A DNA stretch of 64,000 bases. Source: Anthoceros angustus (taxonomy: Eukaryota > Plantae > Anthocerotophyta). The translations under genes were made by a program, and so were the position numbers. The stretch is taken from contig VJWM01000044.1 in NCBI GenBank assembly GCA_010909165.1, positions 806,001 to 870,000 of the forward strand, read 5' to 3'. This document shows positions 13,901-24,170 of this stretch, in pieces. Numbering within the stretch: position 1 is the first letter of the stretch; the number at the start of each line of letters is the position of its first letter. The notes below the pieces were generated by a model that was not told the DNA's origin, did not search any database, and saw only the letters and a list, made by a program, of their open reading frames with translations.

Positions 13901-15044
13901 AAGTTCACTGGGTATGTTTATTGTAGCCAAATACATGACTTAATTATGCACTATAAAGAAAGTGAAGTTGTGGAGTTACAACAACGATCCGTGGAATTTT
14001 GTAAAATTCTCAATAAATATGGCTCTATAAAGTATGCCTCAACTAAGCCTCACCTCTTTGGTAATGATTTTTCCAAATAGATGTCTCTTTGTTGCCTGAC
14101 CAAGTTTTTTGATCCACCTACATAGAGGTGTTTTGGTGGCCAAGATTCCAGCATTAGATGAAACAACATACATATCAAGAAAAGCGAATGTTGTTGATCT
14201 AGATGGAGATAATGAACAAGAACAATCTATTACTGAAATTATAAGACATCCTTCAAAAAGTGGTACTATGGATCTGACGGGTTCTACTACTAGTGGGCCT
14301 ACTACATCACAACAGAATAACCTATTAGACCTACTAGGATCCAACACTGATGTGACAAATAATGCAGCATCTTTACCTGGTGAGATCCAATAATAGAAAT
14401 CATACTTGATGCATCATTGAAATAGGTGTGGTAATATTGAAATATAATATCCTTATCAAAAATTAATATTCTTCTCAGGATATCCTCAGCTACTAGCTTA
14501 TGAAAGTTCTGCTTTAAAGATTATATTTGATTTTGAGAAGCGTAGCCAACATTCAAATGATACAAACATTCAAGCAACATATGTGAATTCTACAAAGGAC
14601 TCTTTTATAGACTTCACATTGCAAATCGCAGTTCCAAAGGTATGTTCATTATAGTTATGTCTTATATATAGAGGTGGAAACAAAAATAGTTTTAAGAACT
14701 GATAAGTTAAATAACTAATTATACAATCTTGTATTCTAGTTTGTACAGCTACAACTTCTTCCTGCCAGTGGGAGTGTACTTCCACCAAGTGGTACGGGGA
14801 ATATAATTCAAAACATATCAATAACTAATACTCTTCATGGCCAGGTTAGTTGAATATCCCCTCCCGTTGACATTGGAACTTCAAAGTTGTTATTGCTATG
14901 CTCTCAAGACTATAAAGATTAATGTGAATCATATTCAAACTTTTGTAGAAGCCTTTGATGATGAGATTAAAAATTACGTATAAAATTAATGGACAAGAAA
15001 TTTTAGAGCAAGGACAAATAAACAACTTTCCTCCCGGATTATAA
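10951..15044 (+). CDS. AP1G: AP-1 complex subunit gamma (gamma-adaptin), multi-exon; first exon/start codon not resolved
   Basis: [17 protein letters not shown]...[13 protein letters not shown]...[25 protein letters not shown]; [13 protein letters not shown]; [17 protein letters not shown]; [11 protein letters not shown]; ear domain ending [12 protein letters not shown] (TAA 15042-15044). GT-AG introns. Confidence 0.93.
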
Positions 15045-15159
15045 TAAAAAACGTACCGTAACATCCAACATCTTCTTCTGCAAAGAGTTCTCTACATTGA
15101 TTGATATCATAATTTTGAGGTTCGCACATTACATAAATATTCCAATGGTTTTGTTTGGT

Positions 15160-18100
15160 TCATTGTAGCAGATCAATATTTTGAAGTAACATGACGCGAC
15201 TTTTTGTCATGATTTCCATTCCACGTCGTAGATTTGCACGGCTTGAGTTTTCATCACCTAACTGTAGCCCATCATATCCATAAGAATAGTCGTTGACAAC
15301 AATATGAAAAATGTATTTGTGAACTCTTTATAATTTTTTTGATAAAACCATCTCTAAAGTCATTAACTTGTTTTGATATTCATTAAGTTTGGTTGAGTGC
15401 ACCTGAGAGTCTACTTCTATGGTAGGCACATCATTTATGATCATTGAACCCGCATGAAGATGCTCAAAGGCATAAAAAGCCTTATTAAGATCGCCGACAA
15501 AAATGCCAACCTGAATAGTTGATGAGATATGATAAGAACCAATAGATTATTAACATATAATGAATGTATATATATGAGATGGTAGATACTCTACTTGCAA
15601 ATCAAATTGTAGATCATTTATTGCATGAATTATCTCCCTAAAATTTGAGTATGAAGAGAGAAGTAAAATTGGGCCTGACACTTTTCCTATATCGATCTGC
15701 ACAAAAAGTTATAGAATGAGCATATTTATATAAATCAATTTTGATCACAAAATCTGATAAGATGCTATGAATTCAACCTTTATTTCCCGATTCATAACTT
15801 CTAATATTGTTGGATAACAAAAAATTCCTTTTTGTTTGCCTCCTGCTAGCAATCTGAATTTGAGATAATAAGAGGATGAACAACAATCACTCTTTTTATG
15901 ATTTGAAGAACTTTTGTTTTGGCTGAAGCTTTGCATGTACTCACTTGGCTCCATTTACTATAGCTTTGTTAATCCAAGATTCCATCCTTTTTGCTTCTGA
16001 TTTAGCAATCAAAGGACCAACATACGCCTCTTTTTCAATAGGGTCACCCTAAAAATAATAGACATGGAATTGTAAGTGTGAGGACTAGTTTTTTTAAATA
16101 CATAAATGTTTGATACAAAAAGGTCAAAGTATTACCACCTGAAGCTTTACAGCTAATTTGAGTAATATATTTTTCAGTGCAAGAAAGTGATCCTAGTTAT
16201 GAACACGTCAACTTCCAGAAGTTACATAAATTAAGGAATACCTTACAAACTTATGATTATTTTGTTAGCGATAAATAATATATAGCTTATGAGGATGGTT
16301 TAGCCTTGTTAAATATTAAATATACATATATAATGTGTATTCATACTTGAAAGAATAGAAGAGTCATAATAGTTGCATACCACATGGATATAGACATGCT
16401 TGACATTAATGTAAGATTGCCCGCTTTGGTGAAATGCTCCTCGTCCGATAATATTGGCTACGGTTTCTATATGAGGAACCAAATCCTGCAAAAAAATAAG
16501 CACCTAAGATTCCAACAAAACATTAAGAATGGTTATTTGGGGTCTCATTCCTCACCTCCACAACACATATTGCATGTACACCAAGTTCAAGAACCACCTT
16601 CTTCCTTCCAGCTTTTGCCTTCAGCTCCCATCCTACCTACAAAATCATGTCTGTTATTTAAGATCTCCTCATACATGTTTAGAGGTGAAGCTCGTCTTTC
16701 AGACCTTCGGCATAATCCAACGCCTCGGGAAGCTCTTGAGATATGTATGGGGTTGACACTGGTGACAAAGGTGCTGAACATTACTCTAGGGTCTTACTGC
16801 GATTTCCTCAAGCTCATATGTTATCGGTGGTCTATTGGTATAATTCTTGGTGCATGGATAGTTAATTGTACACGTATCCCTTTTAGACGCAACTAAGTAA
16901 AGACATCTTAGTAAACATCTATGAAGCTCATGATGTGGACTTGAGTTTCATCCCTAGCCTTGCCGTGATTAGCAGTTAATTCTATAGTTGTATCCTTTTT
17001 GGAAGCAACTAGGTAAAGTCATTTTCGTAGACATTTGTGTTTATGTAGCTCAAGACTTTATATCTTCCTACTCTTCTCCAAGGTTTAAGAAAAAATTATT
17101 CAAACCTAGACATGGATCCTTTAATTTTTTACTAGCAATTGTAAGAGAAAAAAAATTGATTCAAACCTTAGAACAGCCACTGAAATACAAGAGTTGAATT
17201 CTCTTGTCTGCTACCAGCATATCTACTCCAGCTTGAGCACATGGCAGAATGGAGAACGCTCCCTCTGGCAAGTTACAATGTGAAAGAATCTCACCCAGTA
17301 GCAAAGCTCCAACCGGTGTTCGACTACAATTGCAGAAGGAAAGATGGTGAGAAATAATTCAAGCACCGAGGTGTTGAACCACATACATACCAGGCATTTG
17401 AAGAGGCACCACATACGAGGCATAATCTAATCTAACCTACCTTGCTGGTTTGAGTATAAACGGGCATCCAACAGCCAGAGCTGGTCCGATTTTATGTGCG
17501 GTCTGTTAAATGAGTGATAGTTTTGTCATCGGAGAGCTCTGCCTGCTAATGGAGTTGTACACAAACTTTTGGTGGAGAATTCTTCCAGTTGAAGTACCAC
17601 ACTTACCTGATACAGCGAGGTGTTGAATGCAGTGATGATGCTGACGGGACCGACAGGGAACCTCCGAACCTGCTCAGTGAAGTATGTATGCTGAGGTTGT
17701 AAGATTGCAAACAGATTCTCGGAATACCTCCATGTAAAAATGCTGCTGTCATACCACTGACTGACACGCTTTCGCTTGCTTTGAAAGATCCACCGGTGGA
17801 GAGTCCTCATATCTGTGGTGGCCAGTGAGACATCATAAGGGTCTGTGAGAGCAGTCTAGGAAGAAACGTATCAACGCATGGCCGAGAATGTGCTGTTCAA
17901 AGTTGTCCAAAACCTACATGCGCGTGCATTCATCTGCTGCAATGGTGAGTGCGTCAATCAATCGCTGTACTTCACCCTGGGAGTCCCTGCAAGTTCGACA
18001 AGAGGCAACCCAACATCACAGACCCAGAAAAGTATACACGTCATTGAACGTACTTCGCTTTCGGCCCTCATGTTGCATTCAAAGAGCACTGAGATCTTGA

Positions 18101-21100
18101 CCAGCCAGACTTCAACCCACCTGATTGGCTTGCCAGTTTCCATACAAATCACGCTCGCCAACTTCTCTGAACACTGTTGCACCTCTCTCACTACTTTATC
18201 CAAAACTGCTTTTCTTTCATAGCTGGCCATGGCTGCCATAGCAGGTAGAGCTCGTTCTGCTGCAGAGATTGCAGTATCGATGTCACAAGCTTTTGCAAGT
18301 GGACAGCGAGCTTCCACTTTACCACTGTACTTGTTTGTCACGTCCAAATCCAAATTGGGAAGTGCAGGCTTGTTTGCAATGTAGAGCGGGTAGCTGGGCA
18401 CATCACTTCCCATAATTTTATGCTTATCCACATGCTCACGTGAGGAAGTCACTTTGGACACCTCTGCTGCGCATGCCCTTTGTTGTCCATCATCTCTTGA
18501 AAGGCTTGGAGCTGAAATTTTTTCTGCAGCAGCCGCAGCACGAACTGGAATGCCTGCACCATCTGCAGGTGTGGGATCACCAACTGTAGCTGGCACCCCT
18601 GCTGCTTGTGATAGTGCCCACGATATTCGCTGACAGAAACCATATTGCACATCACACACCACGTCGTGCATTTCCCAGTTCAGACAATCTCTGGACTCGA
18701 CTTTTACACTCACCGGTTTTCTTGTCTTCCCCTTTTGTTTCATAATCCCTGGAAGCTCATGGTCCAGTACTTGATTAGCTGAGGTGTAATCAATCGGCAC
18801 CTAATCACATTGGTTAAAACTGGCATCTGTTTCATGCATATTATTTTGCATATATATGCATATTAATTTACAGTATATAAAGTAGTTTGAGTAATGGTAA
18901 TGATAATGGTAAATATCTTACTTCGATCAGCTTTATTCCCGGCGGAGAACCAAAGACACACTGTTTAAGAAGACCTTTGAATTCCTCAGCACTTTGGACA
19001 GAATAACCTTTTCCCCCATAACTGCAGAATGAGAAAAGCTGGTCCAATAATGAACAAAATAAAAGTTAAAATTTTCTATTCAAATAGTATAAACTTCATA
19101 AATTCTAATAAGATCCTTAAGTTGTTTACACAAAACATCATAGTAGATATGGCATGTATACCTTCTGGCATATTCAACAAAATTTGGATTGCCCAAATCT
19201 AAGCCAAATCTGAAAATACCAATACGAACATGAATAAAAACTATGAACTAAACAAATAGGCATACTGGCTATTTCAACAAGTGAACATGAATAGAATCTT
19301 ACGTTTTGAATTGTGCAGCATTTTGCTTCCATTTGATCATTCCGTATGCATAATCGTTCAAAATGACAATAGTTATGTTAAGTCCCAATCGAACTGCAGT
19401 CTCCATTTCCTTCATATCCATGTCCAAAATAGTTAGAATTTCAAGTGCGGATGAAGTAACAAGAAGTTGAGATGATGGAACAAGATTGATATTTTTTTGA
19501 TAATTTTGATAATTTTTTTGTTTACCTGTGAGTTTATTAGAAAACCACCATCGCCACAGACAGCAACTACAATTTTACTTGGATGCAATAGAGCTACTGC
19601 AATTGCTGATGGCAATCCTGCTCCCATAGTTGCGAGAGCATTATCCAATAGTAGTGTATTGGGTTCAAATGTCTAAAGAGATTAAGATAATTTCCTAGTT
19701 AATATGAAGTATTTTTTCATTCCGATAAACTTAATAAAAAACTTTGAAGACAATAAAATATTTTCTAAAATAGCTAACCTTGTAGCAACGGGCAAACCAG
19801 ATCTTGTATAATCCTATCATAAAAATCTTTAAATTATATGTAAAATATTTTTCCTATCTTATTCAACATGATAATTCTATGAAGAAAGTGAAGTTATTGC
19901 TTCTATAGTTTTGATTTACAGAAGCTTACCATTATCAAGGCAGACAATAGCATCATTCGGCAATGCTTCCCTGTGCTCCCACAAAAGGAAAAGGAAATCA
20001 ATATCTTCCTTTAGTATAAAAATTTGTAGACATACTGAAATAATCAGCTACACATGAGCTACGCCAAACAAAAACATTATTAAGCACACATATTTTTGCT
20101 ACTAAGATGCTAAGTTGAACCTTATATCATAGACAACACGTTGGGGACTCATTGGAAAACTGGGATCATTAACACTTTTACCAAGATGCATCTCGAATTC
20201 ATGCTTAATCTGTTATAAAATAAGAATAAGTTTTTAACTATATTTTAATTATAATTAAAAATTTATTATAATTATAATTAAAGTTTTTAATCGTAAATTA
20301 TTAACATACATTAGGTATTTTTATCTCTTTTTATTTATAAATTGATATATATATTGCAAACCATCTTGAATACAACAAACCTGTAACATAAATGAATAGT
20401 TCCAATGAGTTTGTTTATGCATCCGCTCTTTAAGTCGCCAAACTGCATTTGCAATATCTCCTATCACCTCCAACTACAATCGTAATATTTTTCACCAATT
20501 TTATGATGATTATATGAAATATAATAGTGATAAAATATCATGCAACATTATGTTGCTCCATCATTGCATGATCTTAATATTTCATGAAAAAATCTAAACC
20601 AGAGTTCTTATAACTCCCAAGTTAGATGATATGCGATTGCAATCTAAAAACTTTGGACAAAATGATAACAACTAAACTCAAAGGTCATTATTGTTTTCAT
20701 ATGTACCTGAGGAAAATATATCTTGTCCACCTTTGCACTATAAAAGTTGAAGTGAATGACAAGTGGTGTTTTTCCATGCCTATAAGAATCACATGTTTCT
20801 ATGGTAGGTTGTACAAAAATAGAAAATACAACAATTGACAAGATCTTACTGCATGAAGAAGGGTGGTTTTTCTACGACATCGTGTCCCATATTGATGATA
20901 AGGTCTGCTTTTTCAATACAAATATGAACATAATCATTTGCCGACAAAGCGCAACAACCAAGATAAAGATCATGAGATTCTGCAATTCAGACACATTTTT
21001 AGAGTAGGATATCAAGATTTGAATTTAGTCATAACATCATGAAGAACAAGATTTTCAAATTGCATAATTAGAAACATGTGTTAGCTATAGCGCACCTGTT

Positions 21101-22408
21101 ATAACGCCCTTTCCCATCATGGTAGTGACAAATGGAATGCTTAGCTTGTCAACAAATTGCTTAAGCCTAATTGCGACCAATACGACATTCTTTTAAAAAC
21201 AGATATAAAGAAATGAAAACTAAAAATTGAAGAAAGTTTTGATGTAAAGAAGAGACACACATTTTTTGCGTATGTTTACGATTTGCTCCTGCACCAATCA
21301 AAAGCAATGGACTTGTAGCAGCCTCAATCATTTCAACCGCTTTTGTGATGGCTTTCTCATCGGCAATAGGTCGACGAACAGGATGAACTGGAAAAATTCG
21401 TGCCTCTGTGCTTGTGCTAGCTATGTCTTCAGGCAACTCTAAATGCACTGCTCCTGGCCTTTCTTCTTCTGCAACCCGAATTGCTTCCCTAACTAATGAT
21501 GGTATTAGATCACCATCAGCTATTTGTTTAGTAAACTGCAAGAAACCAAGAAAACACTTTGTAAAGTCTGAAACAACAAACTCTTAGGAACTTATACTTG
21601 AACTCGGTGTATAGTCCTCCAGTCTGTGTGTCCAGTCGGTGTATAGTCTAGGCAAAATGTGTTCAGTGTCTATCAAAATCGACTATGCGTATGGTGTATA
21701 ACTAAGGAATTGCAATCTTGCATGGAGATCACTGTATTGGAGTTTTTTTCAAAATACCTTGGTAATAGGGCTCATATTTTCAACAATATTCACTATTTGG
21801 AACGAGCCTTGCTTGCTCTTCCTGATAGGCTTTTGGCCTGTAATCATCACCTATGAGGCAACAGGAGGAAGAAAATTAGAAAAAACAATTTGGTTAGGAT
21901 AACAATCCTCACATAAGAAATGTCCAAAATACTTCATACATCTACATATTGAGCTTAACATTATGGATGTCGTCTAAGAGAACAAGAAACAGACCATTGG
22001 AAAACCCGCCAATTGAGCATAAGCAGCAGCAGTTGCAAGATTTGTTGCTCCAGGGCCTAATGTGGACATACAAACACCTGCTTTTCCTGTAAGTCTCCCG
22101 ATAGTAGCTGCCATAAATCCAGCTGCTTGTTCATGCCTTGTTAAAATAAATTTGATTTTTGAATTCTGTAATGAGTTCAACAAATCTAGATTTTCTTCGC
22201 CTGGTATACCAAATATATACCTGTGCTATTGTTGAATAAATCAATTGGTTTCTATATATATGTACATGTATATCATAAACACATTGTCATAAGTACTATT
22301 ATTAAACTTGAAACAAGAATCAAATAATGAGAAATACACATACTGAATATTTTCATTTTCTAATGCAAGTACGAAAATATCAGAAGCTTTGGAAGCTGTA
22401 CTATCCAT
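15160..22408 (-). CDS. Fusion protein: N-terminal ThDP-dependent enzyme (bacterial PRK08322-type acetolactate synthase-like / 2-oxoacid decarboxylase) + linker + C-terminal ALDH21-like domain; about 29 exons
   Basis: ATG at 22408: MDSTASKASDIFVLALENENIQYIFGIPGEENLDLL...TRHEQAAGFMAATIGRLTGKAGVCMSTLGPGATN...GQKPIRKSKQGSFQ...ERPGAVHLELPEDIA...LDNALATMGAGLPSA...GDGGFLINSQ EMETAVRL...ILNDYAYGMIKWKQ...VPIDYTSANQVLDHEL. The same frame continues (ORF 17958-18800) into YPLYIANKP...VTNKYSG...ETGKPI, then VRRFPVGPVS, AHKIGPALAVGCPFILKPA, VGWELKAKAGRKKVVLELG, INDVPT. TGA at 15160-15162. Confidence 0.88.
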
Positions 22409-22704
22409 CTCAACTAAAAAATGAAGATGAGCTAAGTGGTCAAGAAACTTAGCACTTTCCAAAAGTTTAGCATTTTCTTAAGTCAACCCAAAGTTATCAC
22501 TCCATAAAATAAGGATGAACAATAGTTTTCCTATTTACCTAACCAAAATATTTTACAAAAAGTAAAACTAGGTGATCATTTATTTGCCTACTAGGTACAT
22601 AGATAGGTAATTTATTAGGTCGTCGTATTATTTTTTATTTGTTTCTGTAATATATATAGGTCTATACATAGAAGGCAAAGATCATTATAGAGAATGCAAA
22701 GATC

Positions 22705-23059
22705 ATATTTTTGCGGAACACTGGTTCATCCGTGGTCAGTTCTATGTAGAACTTCCCCTTGGTGTACTTCCCCATCTCCGCAAGTGTGAAAGCAAATACA
22801 TGTCGCAATGCCTCCAATAACTCCTTTAGCTGACGCCGTTGATTGCTCTTCAACTCAACGCCTAATAACCACTCATGTGGCTGTGGCCCGGATGGCTTGC
22901 ACTCTTGCTAACCATGTTTAATTAACACTAATCAATACTTAATTAACATAACGCTTTAGATTAATTAACATAAACCCAAGTGTGAGATATTAGTGTCACG
23001 GCAGCGGATCCGAGTTTGAGCAAGGTGTGGAAAATATCACAAAGTTGCTATAAATCTCA
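22705..23059. repeat. ~355-bp segment present three times (22705-23059, ~24445-24790, ~31522-31881), containing a pol-like fragment
   Basis: atatttttgcggaacactggttcatcc...gctataaatctca repeated; encodes QLKELLE..RHVFAF...YIELTTDEPVFRK on the minus strand. Confidence 0.8.
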
Positions 23060-23908
23060 ATTTTGTCAATTCAAGGTGACAAATTGGGGAGTCATGGAAG
23101 TCATGAAGGATGGAAATCTTCAGCTCTTTCAAGTGCTGGTATCATGAGTCGCCTTTCTGGTATATACACGCATCCTTGAGAGTATATGTTTGAGTGAGAG
23201 CTGTCGGAACACCTGTGGCCGCATCAGCAAGTAATTGAGAATAGAGCTGTTGTAGAGCCGTGTCTGTAGGGATTGCTGACCGAACGAACTGGATAATTTC
23301 TGAATGGGTGGTGAGGATGGGACAGGCACGTCTGCTGAGGGCATCTGCCACCACATTGGAAGGGCCTGCCACATACTTGATCTCAACGTTAAAGTCTGCG
23401 AGGTACTCCGCCCACCTGCGCTGCCTGGCATTGAGATTCGTTGAGAAGAAATGTTGCGTGAATGATGGTCCGTAGCATATCAGGCCCGAGGAGGTAGTGT
23501 CTCCATACTTTCAGGGCATGTGTGATTGCTAACATTTCCTTGTCATGGACAGCGTAATTAAGCTGTGCCCCTTGTAGCTTTCTGGATTCATATGCAATAG
23601 CCCTGTTGTCCTGTGACAATACTGCCCCCATGGCATAGTCTGACGCATCTGTATGTATTGTGTACGGCTTGTGTGGATCTGCAACGGCGAGTACTGGTGC
23701 ACTGCTGAGGGCCTGTTTTAAGGTGTCGAAGGCTACCACCGCCTCCTGGCTGAGTTGTAAGGGTTGGCCGGCAGACTGGCGGAGCGCGTCCGTGAGAGGT
23801 ACTGCCACCTTGCTGAAGCCCTGGATGAAACGGCGGTAAAACCCGGCCATACCAAGGAAACCGCGCAGCTGGGTGAGATCTTGAGGTAATGGCCACTCCA
23901 AAATTGCC

Positions 23909-24170
23909 TTGATTTTGAATCAGAATGAGTTCAACAAATCTAGATTTTCTTCGCCTCGTATACCAAAATATATACAGTATTGTTGAATAAATCAATTGGT
24001 TTCTATATATATGTACATGTATATCATAAACACATTGTCATAAGTACTATTATTAAACTTGAAACAAGAATCAAATAATGAGAAATACACATCTTGAATA
24101 TTTTCATTTTCTAATGCACGAAAATATCGGAAGCTTTGGAAGTCAGCATTACTATCCATCTCAACTAAAA
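23909..24170 (-). pseudogene. Degenerate duplicate of exon 1, intron 1 and part of exon 2 of the ThDP-ALDH fusion gene
   Basis: 23909-24790 is a near copy of 22152-23059, with small indels. Confidence 0.85.

Noticed and set aside
16384-16896. 170-aa plus-strand ORF
   Set aside because: Antisense to ALDH exons and an intron; no motif.
18800-22408. Plant plastid acetohydroxyacid synthase (ALS/AHAS)
   Set aside because: No transit peptide and bacterial PRK08322-type motifs (PGEENL rather than YPGGAS).
15160-22408. Bacterial contamination as the source of the ThDP/ALDH gene
   Set aside because: About 28 spliceosomal introns and contiguity with plant genes.
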